From NCBI GenBank assembly GCA_047967505.1, contig CM106538.1: a stretch of 64,000 nucleotides of DNA. One strand, 5' to 3'. Of the stretch, positions 38,933 to 52,340 are shown one piece after another. Made by a program: the position numbers and the translations under genes. Position 1 is the first letter of the stretch. Each line of letters opens with the position of its first letter. Under the pieces are notes generated by a model. The model made no database searches. It was not told the origin of the DNA and worked only from the letters and a program-made list of their open reading frames with translations. Source of the DNA: Dipteris shenzhenensis. Lineage: Eukaryota.

Positions 38933-39908
38933 GATAGTACTAAGAAAATGTAGTCTCATTGCAAGGAAACAATATTCCACTTATCCTGGAAAATGGAAAA
39001 TGTTTGAGACCGCTTTGTTTGGTAAATCCCAAACTAATTTGTAAATCCAAAATGATAAATCCCACACTTGTTTTAGTATATCCCAAAAAACCACCACTCT
39101 TGTTTTAGTAAATTCCATATCTAATCCACAAATCTTAAAAGAATGAATCGTATGCCATTCATTCATCTTGTAATAATAGAAGCAAACCACGACACTAGTG
39201 GTAGTTAATATCCTCGTGTGCAACCAACCACCATCCTGTGGCGACCACTTATCTTACAATTATCGCTATGATATCCTAAAATTATTGTTGCAAAGTGCTA
39301 TACTAAAATAGTCCCCTTTAGGTTGGTTCTCTTTATTTATTGTCAGCAAGTTGGTGACCACAAATCCTAAATGAATGAATTGTATGCCATTCATATTATA
39401 ATAATAGAAGCAAACCATCGTGTTGGTGGTAGTTAATATCCTAGTGCGCAACCAACACCAACCACCACTTATGTACACTACTACCGTGCTGCAGCATCTA
39501 CTTTCTCACTTCTAATAGTTGTAGCAGGCAGGGACCATTAGGAAATAAGCGAGCTCATTTTGGGGCCCTGAGAGAAATCCACAATTTCTTCTTTTTTTGT
39601 GAGTCCGAAATATGGGAAAGTAATAAAATACTCAATAAAATATTCATAAGTACTATGAACATGTCAGAGGATGATAGAATAAAGTTATTCTTCTATATTG
39701 ACTCCCATATCTCATGAGCGTTATTATTCAATGCTCCTACAAGCCACGTCTTTCTCTCAATCATTTTCTAGCCATCTCCATGACCGTTAAGCTTCTCCGT
39801 TAGAACACCATAACTAATCTCGCCATAGGCTTTTTTTTCAAAGTTTACCGCCATCAAGAGTATTTGCCTTATGAAATCGTGAAGCAATGGAAAAACACTG
39901 CACTCAAA

Positions 39909-42463
39909 ATGGAAACACCAACCTACAACTCTACAGAACAAGCCAACAAGAGACAACAACACCATATTCATATTGATTTGGCTGAAGAATATGCGCCTCT
40001 TTTAAAACAACAACACGTAGGCACCATGCAAAGAGAAAACATGAGGAGATTAGATTTACAAGATATTGACTTATGGTGTGATGGGAAGATTTATCCAAAA
40101 TGTCTCGTCTAAAGTTCTACCCTGCCATTCTCAAATCTGACAATATTGCTGATATTTGTGGGCAATGGAACGAAAGGTATGCATGGATACATCACGGCTG
40201 AGTATCAAGTTGTGCACATGTATAAGTCTTTATATGAGCAAGAGGCGAACACAAAAATACAGTAGATAGTCGAAAGCTCCAAATTGAAAGAGCAGTTACA
40301 TAATGAAAGTGAAGAACATACAAAGATGAGGGAGAAGTTACATAAAGCAAGATCGAAAGCCACCGAGTACAAGTAGCAAGGTGAGATTGCTTTAAGCGTT
40401 TGCTATTTGCAATGTGGCTATGTAAATCTTCCTATGTTAACTCTTATTTATGCATCCGGCTTATAGGAAAGTTTTGGAGCCCCAAAAGGAAAATGTTGAT
40501 CCAAACGCTCTTCCTGTAAAACAAATAAAAGGTCTATTTTCAACGACTATTGCGAAAGGGATGATTGAGGAAAAGAAGTTTAAAACCATCAAATGCAATG
40601 TTGTGCAACAGTTTGTGGAAAGCAATAAAGTTTATGTAAACTTAATTCAGGAGGGTCTCGATGAGAGTGGAGTTAGCAGGAAAGGTTATTCTTCTATTTT
40701 CAAAGCAGTGTCATCAACTTTTAAAGATAAAAGGATCAAACATGTGCTTCTTCCAAATTCTGCAGAAGTTTGGAATTTAAGAGCTTCACTCAAAGAAATA
40801 GTAGATGATTTTATTGGTTAGTGGTTGCATATTGAGGATTTATTTGAAGGTAGTAAGGGGACCACTGTGTATAATGCTTGGAATAATATTTTTTTAAATC
40901 TTGAACGATTATAAAAAAGAATGGTTGAATTTTACGGAATCACATTTGAAGAGTGTCAGGGACAGCAGGTTATATTTGTCATAAAGTTGGATGAATGTGA
41001 AATTGTTAAAGAGAAAAAGATTGAAAGAGTGACCATCACACTTATGAATAGGGCACTTGATACATCAATCACAAAAGAAAACTCAAAGCATTTCAGTGTT
41101 GTACAATCAGAGAAGCACATTTGGTGGTTGGGAGCATTTGAGGTAAGCATGAACTTTCGTTTTTCAAATATATTACTATTTGATTTCATTTATTAGATCT
41201 AGATGCTTCAATATAGTCTCTTCTTAATGGCAGGTAAAGACAGAGGATCACCAAACCTTGTTTTGGGTATTTCACCATACCAAAATACCAAAAGTCATAA
41301 AAAACCAGGTTCAAGGAGGGCAACTTCATGTTGAAGGGGCAAGGGTGATTTCCAAGTTGATTGGCATATGGCAGGGGACCTCAAGACTCTCAAATGTATG
41401 TTCAACATAAGCAAAGGAAGTAATTCAAAATCTCCATGCCTTTACTGCAAGGAGCCAGCCCATGTCATGGATCCTAAATGGTGGAGAAAAGCTCCTAATA
41501 GGGACAAGATTGATCTTGAATTCAAAGCAGTTCTTGATATTCCTTGTGCAATGTACATATATGCACATTGCATGCATTATGTAGAATCATTGAAAAGTTG
41601 GTCTTTTTATATATTGGATTTGTGTGGAAGCTTCGACCATAAAAAAGTAGGAAAAAAGCAATTGCTGCATTAGAAAAATAGACATCAAGAAGTCCTAAAA
41701 TGGAAAGGATGTTCCTATCAAACCTTCAATTAATGAAGTCAAAGCAAGAAGATTTTTATCAGAACCACAGAGAAGGGAAGCTTGGTAGATGATTAAGCTA
41801 TGTTTCCAAGGTGAGATACGGCCTTTGGAAGCATGTGCATAATGCAGTTAAAGATGATATGGCAGATGGTGTTGCTCAAAATGTTAAAGCAAATGTATGG
41901 AAATCCTTAGACAAGATTTTCCATCTTTGAAGACATGGCCCAAGAGCAAAAATCGTGCCTTAGAAGAGGAGCTAAAAGCTTTTGGAAAATCAATGAAATA
42001 AGCATGGACAAGCTGCAATATAACACACTACATGGTAAGTTGAATTATTTTGTTTTGTATACATAGTTTGTACTTTCAAACATGGTTTACAAAATTTTGA
42101 CCTAATATTTTCTATGATTGCAGCATATTCTATATAACCACCTTCCATATTTTGTTAAAAAGTATGGATGCCCTACAATATGGTCCACACAAGGAATGGA
42201 AAAGTCTCATTACACAGTAAGAAATGCTTTTTTTTGACATACACGGCATTTTGGAGGAGCACATAAGGCAAATAGTCTCAAAGAAGTATTTCAATAGTTT
42301 TTTAGAGGTATACTTCAAAGGTTGCAAATCCAGAAAAAAGTTTCATTGTCAAAAGTTAAACTTGCCTTTAATATGGCACAAAAGAAAAGAAGAAGGTAGA
42401 TCCTTGATAATTCAACAGCTGCACAGAAACACGCAGAGTGGAGGCAGTCAAAGGTCTTTGTGA
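39909..42463 (+). pseudogene. RAG1/Transib-like DDE transposase, copy 2 (spliced, degraded)
   Basis: IFVIKLDE, KIERVTITLM, VQSEKHIWWLGAFE/VKTEDHQTL, AGDLKTLKCMF...PCLYC, KARRFL, ITHYM/HILYNH...IWSTQGMEKSHY. GT-AG introns at 41143-41233 and 42035-42123. Confidence 0.85.
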
Positions 42464-42569
42464 ATCACAAGTGGATTGATAGAGTTGGAAACCTTATGGA
42501 GATTTATAACAATGAAGCACAGACTTTGTAATATTTTCCCAAAAAATTCAATATAAATCTAAGCTATCT

Positions 42570-44840
42570 TTTCTTGTAGGACTTTGTGTTCTTTGTAGCT
42601 TTTGACAATACAATATACTTGAGTTTACTCTTGTACTTCTTTTACATCAAGTTGCTCTCCTTCGATCTGTTTAGCCCCAGAATCTAGTAGAAGCGGCTCT
42701 CTATTTTGTGATATATCAGAATCTTGGCAAATGACATCATGTTCATGTACTGTGCAAGGGAATACAACTGTCCAAGTCCCCTTTCTTGGCTCCCATAGGA
42801 CCTTCTCAAAAAGCTATCAACTTCAATATAGAGCTACAATATCAAAAAAGAAGAAATGATAAATATATACAAGTCATGATAAAAAAGACCTAGCAGAGAA
42901 AATAGTGAGATAACGTACCTTCATATTCTCATCATCCTCCAAAATTTTATTGGTCCAAAGTTTAGGGCTTCTTTCCACGCTACTTTGTGTTTTCCTTTGC
43001 TCCTTTACCTTTGGTTGAATATCCTTCTGCTCCTCCAACTTTTGCATTTTGACCTTGTTAAATGTCTCATCATCCATATCCTCCTCATCCACAGTTTTCT
43101 TAAAGCACATCGAGAGCGCCTCCTTGGGATCAAATGTATCTTCTAGTACCATTAATTCATCGTCTTCAATTCCAAAATCCTTATCTATGCTACATATTTG
43201 AGCAATTAAGGCCAAGGCATAATCTCCTCTGAGGTCAAAGATGATGCATATATTTGAGAGCAGATTATACTCTTGACCTTCAATAGTGATGGAAGAAAGG
43301 AAAGGTATAGCTAGATTACATTTCCAAAAATGCAGTCCTTCAGTAGACATAGCTCCATTTACTATTTGTGATTTTAAGGCTACAATATCCAAGGCTGCAG
43401 CCTCCTTGCTCTCTTCCTCAAGATTAATATCCTCCTCTTCTAGTTCTTGTGCCTCTTCTATATTTTTACCTCTTCTATATTTTTGTGCCTCTTCTATATT
43501 TTTGCCTTTGTCTTCAATATCATGTTCTTCCCCAGGATCTTCCATGGCCTCTTTTGGCATGTATTCCTTACCTTCATGACAAATATTTAAAAAGATAGAA
43601 AAATCAAGGCTTACCTCCAATAGCCTACATCCTTCACTACTATGAATATTACAAACCACTTTGTATTTTCCTGGAAAGCTATCAAAACTCCTATTGATGG
43701 GAGTCCGAAGCCTTTGTCTGTAATCAAATCCTTGGCATGGACATACGGCTTCCCAAATATGGTAACTTTCTATTTCTCTGAAATCTTGTGAAAATCTGCT
43801 AGCTCATTTGCTAAAAAATCTTTGTGGCTCTCCAAAATGGCAGCATAATTGAGCTCTTTATTACACATCTCATAAAATAGATGGTAATCCTGCTGAGAAT
43901 CACACTTCTCAAGAAAATAGAAAAGTAACAAATCTGCAAGCTTTTGTGCTTCTTTTAATGTCTTCCCCTTCAACGGGACTGTTGTTTTTACAAAAGACAT
44001 CCCTGAAACACTTGCTAGCTTGATTTTCTCATTTCTCTCCGTCTTTCTTGAACTTCCCTCTCCCTGAAAAGGGAAACATTGTCCTTGCAACCTCCTTTTC
44101 ATCGATAGAATTGGAAATTGTTCCAATAGCCCTTGCACCAAAATTTGAATTATCCCTTTAAATTTATTATTTCAATCAAAAAATAAATTTCAATAAAGTT
44201 ATACAATCCAAGTTATAAAAAGCAATTTATTAGTCTCTCTCCACAATCTAAATGAAGCACCTTTCAATGAAGTTATACAATCCAAGTTACAAAAAGCAAC
44301 TTACTATCTCTCTCCACAATCTAAATGAAGCATCAACAATAAAATTATTATTTCCATATTATTTGATTTATCATTGCCTTAACGAGAAGAAAAGATAAGT
44401 CAATGCATATCACACAAAATATCATAATGCATAGTCCATTATGTGGCTATGGGACATGGGATCAACATGTGTACAAAGGTTCATATGCATCGATGTTTGG
44501 ATATGCTATATGGTCCATATAGCATGAGCTCTACGATGTGAAGATTGCACCTAATTTACTTATTCTTCTCTTTCTGTGTACGAGTGAAAAGTTGTGGGCA
44601 CCAACATGATCGTGATGCTTGCTCACACAAGGTTTCATGATGTCATATATTCATGATTCATCTCATATTAATTCTTTTGAATAAGCTAGAGATATTCACC
44701 TCTTCTGCTGAGTTCAAATCAAACAAACATGTCCGTAACATATCCTCTTCGAATGACTTTTCGCTCATGGGTCCATAAAAAAGGGATCTAAGATAGAATT
44801 TTAGTTCAATAAATGTAGTCACGTAGTAATTGGCCATCAT
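42570..44840 (-). pseudogene. Unknown multi-exon gene with acidic stretches, convergent with transposase copy 2
   Basis: ORFs 44658-44840, 43770-44141 and 42874-43659 on one strand; GTAAG donor-like site near 43614; CT-rich tract upstream at 45100-45210. Confidence 0.55.
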
Positions 44841-45100
44841 CTGGGAAGGAAACTAAGAGAAGGAAAGTGAAGGAGCAATAGTGATGGATGCACATTGAGC
44901 TGCCCTTGCTTCAAGAGTGATAGAAAGTGAGCGAACAGACAATGACATAAAGTGATGGAAGCACCCTATTCTAGGCAGTCTTGTCCTTGATCACTTTTAG
45001 TCAATTCTTTATTTCCCTTTTTGTATACTTTATATTGTGGATCACTTTCCTTCAGCTCTGACACTCATTTTGTTCACGATATACCTCCCAATGTTTTATG

Positions 45101-45133
<33 letters not shown>

Positions 45134-45173
45134 AAGTGGTGGAATCCGGTTCATGAAGTAGAGAGAAAGAGGT

Positions 45174-45213
<40 letters not shown>

Positions 45214-45619
45214 TAAGAAGAGGAATCCGGTTCATTTGGTCCAATCTGTCTCGCTCAGGTGTGATCAAGTTTGGCCTATTGTAGAAGGTTCTCAAGGTGC
45301 CTTCTCTCTTTCTTTCTATCCCCTTCATTTTTCAATGTGCTTTTTAACATTATAATGTATTTTCATAGGTTCTGATGGCTCCAAATGAACTCGATTTAAA
45401 AACATATTTAGAACAACTATCATCTTCAATGATTGACGGTGTGCTTCAAAGTTTTGCTTTTCTTAGATTTCTCCAAAGCATCCTTCTTTGTGAACCCATG
45501 CATCCCCAGCAAAGATGATTGAAAGAAAGACATAATGCTCCCTTCACATGGGAAAAAAGAACATTAAAAAGAATTATTCATTTACCCAAAAGAACTTTAT
45601 AACTCATCATGGTTTTCTT

Positions 45620-45862
45620 TTAAAGCTAAAAGAAGTACCAGTAAAGAAGAAATTAAGAAATACAAAATCATGTATCTAAAGATAAAGTTAAAAGAAGTAC
45701 CAATAAATTAAGAAATACAAAATCATGTATCTAAAAATAAAGCCAAAAGAAGGACCAATAAATTAAGAAATTAAGAAATACAAAATCATGTATCTAAAGA
45801 TAAAGTTAAAAGAAGTACTAGTAAATTAAGAAATTAAGAAATATGAAAGCATGTATCCAAAG
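45620..45862. repeat. About four copies of a 55-62-bp AT-rich minisatellite
   Basis: Repeated AAATTAAGAAATACAAAATCATGTATCTAAA. Confidence 0.85.
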
Positions 45863-46379
45863 ATGGAGCCTTCTGCCTGTTCGACAAGCACTGCTGAGAC
45901 TGTTGCAACAGATTGTAAATTGGATGTGAGATACATTCTTCGCTCCCATTGAAATAGATTGGATGGGAGATACACTCTTATAAGCCTATATTTTTGATCG
46001 CTTGCGTACTATTCAAGGAGCACTCAGCTCCTTTGACTAACAACCAGCCACTAGATTATCAACACATTGCTAGAGATTTTGGCTTTGAGTCTACGAGCTA
46101 CCATCTTGAACATTGCTAGAGCTTACCCTAGGTGTGATTTATCAATGGATCTATGATTTTTGTAGGAGACTTCATAGTAACGTTTGCCACTTAGTTCATT
46201 TCGTGCTAGCTTGGCGTTTTACTTAGTAGTGTTCCTTATGTTTGAAAAACTTGAGATTTCTATTCTACTCCAAAGTTTACCTCGTAGGTAGCTACATGTA
46301 GTGAGTCCCTGCTATGTTCCAAAATCTGATGACTAGTGCGACTGGTTGTGTTACGAGAAAGTATTTCTCAAAGATCTTG

Positions 46380-49300
46380 TTTGAAATGACGTAAAGTATT
46401 TATAGGATCGCACCAGATGTGGCAAGGGCTCTATTTAATACTTTGGTTTAGTCAGGGACACCTAACTAAATGTGTGCCATTAATAAGTATCATGGGTGAT
46501 GCCATTTAGAAACACTCACATTAATGGGTAGTCGTTTGTAAAGACCATTACTGAGCATGATTGGCTAATCATTTAATGTATATCATTGTGCTAAGTACTT
46601 GACTAATGGTGGATTGGTTTATTGAGTACAGAAAATGACATGGACGGATGGAAGTAAACAAGCTCAAGGGAATAAAGGCTAAATGCCATGGTTTTATGCT
46701 AGTGCTATGTAATGTATTAAATGGCCAAGGGTCATTACATTTTTTATAAGGGAGAGTGCTTAAAAAGCCTTCCACTTTTGGCATGTAATTATGGATGAGT
46801 ACGTGAGTAAAGGAGAGACAAAGAGAAAAGTATGGTAAAAGGATCAAGAGAAAAGTATGGAAAAGGGATGTTCAAGAGATTAATACATGACTTTGTATCC
46901 ATGGCTCATGCTCTTATTTCAATATTATAAATGCTCTTGGTGTGGGATCACGAGCCACACACCTCGAGGGGGGAGATTGTACCCAGTGATTGCCTCTTGT
47001 CTTTTCATGAGTTTCCGTGCATATTCAATTATTGGTGCTATTGTATGTGTTAGAATTATTATTCACGTTTCAGTGGTATCAAAGCTTTGGTCACGCTCTT
47101 GTTCATCGAGAGAAATTAGGGAAAGAGCTTGAGAGATCTAAGAACAAGAAAAGAAAGAGACATGCGAGAGATGAGAGTTCTTTAGGATTTGATTCTGAGG
47201 GAGTGATTCATAGAGCTGTTAAATCTGCATTAAGAGAAAAGAAGGAAAATAAAATTAGTGGGAAATCTTTTACGTTTCAAAAATATGATGGGAAGAAAGA
47301 TGCAAATTTTGTTTTAGCATGGATTAGTCAGCATGATGATTATTTCCAGGGTGAAAGGTTTCGTAAAAAATACAAAATTAAATGTGTTGTCAACCATCTT
47401 ATTGACAATGCGGCACTATGGTGGAATGTGGTGAAAAATAGTAAAAGACAACCAACTACTTGGAAGGAATTGAAGAAAACTTTCTTTCAACACAATTCAA
47501 GTCGAAAGTCCATCAACAATGGGATAGTTTGCATCAATTAGAAAAAGAGACTATTGCTTTGTATGTTGAGAGATTTTGGCAATCTCTCATTCAACTTCAA
47601 ACCATAGATAGAATTTCTGAGAAAGAACAAAAGAGGAAATTTGTATCTAGCCTTACGGCTAAAGTAAAAGCCGAGATCAATATGTTTCATTCTCATTCCT
47701 TGGGTTCGTCTATATCACTTGCTACAAATTATGAAAGAAAGAACAGGATACCCAAGGATGGAGAAAAAAATAAACCTTTTGTTCCTTTTCAAAAGAGGGA
47801 CAAGAAGTTTAAGTTCAAACCGTATTCTCACTTTACGCCATCGACTACATGTTCGAAGGATCGCGATAAATCAAAAGAAGAAAAGAAGACTGACTTGAAG
47901 AAGGGAACTTGTTTCAACTGTCACAAAGAGGGACATTATGCCAATAATTGTCCAGAAAAGAAGAAGGCATCAACCACAAATATTAACGTGATCGATGAAG
48001 TCAATCAAGAGGGTAACACTTCTGACTTAGGTAAATCACATAAGTTTTCTCCTTATGCATTGTTAAAACTGAAGGAAAAAATAAATGAGAAAGAAATTGT
48101 TATTCTACATGATGATGGAAGTACACATGATTTCATTTTTGAACGATTAGTAAAAGCAATGAATCTTAAAGTTTCACCAACACAATATAAGGTTAAAGCT
48201 GCTTTTATTAGAAGTAGATATAATTGTTTGAATGCAATGAAAGATTTAGAACTCACAATTGATCCATACAAAGAAAAGAGAAATTTCTTAGTGGCTTTGC
48301 TAAGTGGAAAAGATATAATTTTGAGAATGCCATGGCGACATCAATTTAATCCTAATGTTGACTATAACACTCACTAAATGTGGATCACACACAAGGATAG
48401 AAGAATTTGTTTAAACGGACAAATAAAGAATGAAATGAATCCTTTGTTGAATCACACACAAGCTAAAAGGGCTTTTAAGAAAGATGAAAATTCATTTTTG
48501 GTTCGGTTAATTCGATTACGGCCGCACAAATTAAATCGAATGACGATTTCAAAGATTTTATCTCACAATTTTCAGATTGTTTCTTGGATGAATTCCCCCC
48601 AGGTTTATTCAAGTCTAGACTTGAAGATCATCGCATAGAAATTTTACTTAGAAATTCACCTCCTTGTAGAGCTCCATATCGAGTAAACATCTTAGAGCAA
48701 AAAGAGATTCAAAGATAAATAGAAGAATTGTTGGAAAGAAAGTTGATTAGACTAAGTAGCTCCCCGTATGGTGCTCCAGTCCTCTTGGTAAAAAAGAAAA
48801 ACGGCACATTTAGTATATGTGTGTGGACTATAGAGCACTTAATGAACTTATTGTCAAGAATCGGTATCCAATTCCAAGAGTAGATGATTTACTTGACAAG
48901 TTAAGAGGAGCTAAAGTTTTGAGCAAGATTGATCTTAAATCTGGTTATCATTAAGTTAGAATGACAGAAGAAGATGTTTACAAAACGGCTTTTAGAACGC
49001 AAACGAGTCGTTACGAGTTTTTGGTTATGCCATTTGGTTTGACCAATGCTCTAGCTACTTTTAGTAGAATGATGAACCGAATCTTTCTAAAGCATCAACA
49101 CTGTGTAGTGGTTTTCTTTGATGACATATTGATTTTCAACAAGAATACTGAAAATCACAAGGAACATTTGAAATTGATTCTCTTTTAATAGAAAATCAAT
49201 TGTACATCAATCCTGAGAAAAGTCTATTCTTTCAAGATCACATTGAATATTTGGGACATATCGTTTCAAGTCAAGGTATTCAAGTAGACCCAAAGAAAGT

Positions 49301-50105
49301 GGAATGTATTGAAACATGGCCAAGGCCTAAAGATATACGTGAGCTAAGATCATTCTTAGGCTTATGTAGTTACTATAGGAAATTCGTTAGGAACTTTGCT
49401 TTCTTAGCAACTCCACTAACCTATCTCCTAAAGAAAACTACAAAGTTCATTTGGACTTCCAGCCATGATAAATAATTTCAAGCTTTAAAAGAAGCTTTAG
49501 TTAAATCCCTAGTACTTCAGTTACCCAATTTCTCACGACCTTTCTTTGTTGTCGTAAAACTGATGTAAGTGAAACTGGGAGTGGAGCTGTGCTTATGCAA
49601 GATAATCATCCTATAGCATTTGAAAGCAAAAAGCTTAAGCCAGTAGAATTCAATTATAGTACCTATGACAAAGAACTGATAGCAGTCATACATGCCCTAA
49701 GGATTTGGAAGTATTATTTATTGGGCTCAGAATTCTTACAAGACTGATCAACAAAGCACTAAGCATATTTTGATGCAACCATTGATTTCAGATAGACATA
49801 TCAAAAGGGCTTCTTTTATTCAAATTTTTCAGCCAATGATTTAATATCAGCCCAGTAAAGAAAATACGGTTGCAGATGCATTAGGTCGAAGACCACAAAT
49901 CAACAACATTTTAGTGATTGAAATACAACCATTCGAGGCAATGAAAAATTCTTATCAAGATGACTCTGATTTCTCTGATATATGGACTAAGCTTGAACAA
50001 AACAATTGGAGTCCTATATCTAGCTATTCAATTAATGATGGATATCTCTTTTATGAGAAAAGACTTTGCGTCACCAAACCATTTAGATTACAAGTTATGG
50101 AGGAA
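46380..50105 (+). mobile_element. Ty3/gypsy retrotransposon: 5' LTR, PBS, gag-protease-RT-RNase H, truncated at the start of integrase
   Basis: PBS TGGTATCAAAGC at 47074-47085 after CA. CCHC knuckle CFNCHKEGHYANNC, protease LHDDGSTHDF, RT KTAFRT/MPFGLTNA/FFDD, LRSFLGLCSYYRKF. LTR start approximate. Confidence 0.92.
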
Positions 50106-52237
50106 CTCTCGACTCTCGAGTTTGCACTGTGCAGATGGAGTCTTCTTCTTGGACAATGAAAACTCCAAAGTTCAAGAATCAAGAAAGTCCTTCAAAATAA
50201 AGAAGTCCTTCGTGAGCCCTAAGACAACATAAGGTTAGGTGGCTTGAGCCTTGATCTATGGCTACAAAGCAATTAGATCTACAGCTATAAATCATCTACT
50301 ATTTAATGTTATAAATATTAAATATCTCTTTTATATTATATAATATATTTACTAATTTTCAAAGTCCCTAAGCAATCTTAACCCCGGCATTTTAAAGGAA
50401 ACTTTAATTGTAATATTTCAAATACCTTTAAAAGACATTTTGCCATCAAATTTAGGCTTGATAAATAAACTCCTTGGCACAACTTATGCCGGGTTTTTTC
50501 AATTTTAACCCGTGCAAAATACACTAAACTTCAAAGGGAGGTTTCACTACGCAGGATATCCGATATATGACGTGGCACAATTGGCGGCGCGCACATGTGT
50601 GAGCGCGAGGCAAGTGTTGAAAGGTAAATGAGTCCAGGGTCATTTTCTTGGTTTGGAATTTGCTGCTTCCGGTGCCATGCTCCGATTGCCTTCTTTCGGC
50701 CCTTGACGGTGGGATAAGGAAGACAGGGGATGATTAAGGAAGACAGGGGATGATTGCATGCTTATATCAATGGACCACCCAAGAGAACGAAAGCAGGGAA
50801 AAGGAGATATTTCCAGCTCTTATACCCGGGATATTGAGACTAAAGAAAGCGAAGAGCGAGCGTGGTGCTCAAGTAACAAACTAGGCACTGCTGTTGACAG
50901 CCATGAATCACACTAATTTCCTCCCTAACAAAATAGCAAGTGGGCGCTGAATAAGCTGGAAGACCCTCAACATACCGTCAAATTTCTGTTTTGTCAAACA
51001 CGAATCTTAACTATGTCCTACCCGTGCCAAAGAGAGAAGCTCATGATTGCCCTCAAAAGGGGTGGGAGGAGAGCAAGATGAGCTGAGAGCTGAAATATAC
51101 GAGCTTGCTAGCTATGAAAAAAGAAGGGCTACAAAGTTTAGATATCGCTTGAAGAAGATGGTGGAGGAGATAGAGGGATGCTACCCAGCCTAAGAGAAGA
51201 GTCGCGCTAAGAAGACCCAAAAATGACTAGTTGGCCGTGAACTTGAGCTTTGTGATTGGGTTATGAAGGTCTGAATTTTTTCCTGCAACAACATGTTGAA
51301 CTTCGAGAAACATAGATTTGATGAGGTTGCGATTTCTACTTGAAGCTATGAAGCAAGGTCTGCTGTAAGATTAGCAGCGTCTATTTTAAGATTAGCAAAA
51401 CCAATGACAGATAAACTTGTCTGTGTAGAATTCCATTGAATGTTCTGAATTAGTGTCCTTTCAAACGCGCTTGGTCGCTTGCGTTTCCGCAATCAACTGT
51501 TAAATTTGGCTCTTGCACTGGAATTTTGGTGAGTGACTTTCCTAAATTTCACGCTAGCAGAATCCAGATGGATCTTGGGGGACTCAGACGGACCGGCTTC
51601 TTTTGATGGCAGTCGATGACCTCATCGAGGCATATCTGCAGGTCGGAATTTTTGGCCAAGCAACGATTCTTTACACAACTCAGCAACAACCAAAGCTCCT
51701 CGTCTACGACCGCTACAATGGACTGCTAGGCATCGACCCGACCTGAACAGAAGCAAGCCTCCATCTTCACACCTTCTTTGCCATGATCGCCAACTTCATC
51801 ATCTTTCCTCAAAGCTTCTCCTACAGAGAGGGACCTAGGCCACGTGGCAATGCCCTGTGGTGGAGAGGAAGTGTGAAGGAAAACATTTTTCCCTCTAGAG
51901 GAGAGAATTTTTGGATTACTCCACGAAATCAAAGTCTCCACCTCGAACCCCAAAATTGTGGCAAAATGGGATTTCAACCAACCTCACGTTCATCAGTGGG
52001 CTTGCTCACCTGAAGCTGACGTTCACAGATACAAGAGAGGCTTGCGATTATGTTGAAGGTTTTCAGTGATGATCTACACTTTTTGCTCTCTGCTTCCTGT
52101 GTGGAGCAGAAGTGCGCAGATTTTCTGCTTTGGTACCAATCTCTTCAAGTATGTGTGAAATCTCTTATATGTACGACTTTGTAGGATAGGTATTAACATC
52201 TACCTCCTTAGACTTAGTGTAGTGGGGAGGGTACGAT

Positions 52238-52340
52238 CACTGCGTCGGCCCCTGTAGGCGACAGTGTTTACACACTGGCCCTCCGCCTAAGCTTGGGCGA
52301 GCAATGGGAGGCCAAGATTGGCTGCCGATCAGGGGCAGTG
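52238..52340. repeat. Imperfect ~100-bp GC-rich foldback
   Basis: Nested pairs CACTGC/GCAGTG, CCCCTG/CAGGGG, TGGCC.TCC/GGAGGCCA, GCCTAAG/CTTGGGC. Confidence 0.6.

Noticed and set aside
39476-39480. CACTA pentamer as a CACTA-element terminus
   Set aside because: No matching TAGTG end with a 3-bp TSD found, and the adjacent transposase is not Tnp2-like.
42570-44840. Calling the convergent gene RAG2
   Set aside because: Only position and acidity agree; no kelch or PHD signature is visible.
45620-45862. CRISPR-like array
   Set aside because: Tandem units without unique spacers, in a eukaryotic context with no cas genes.
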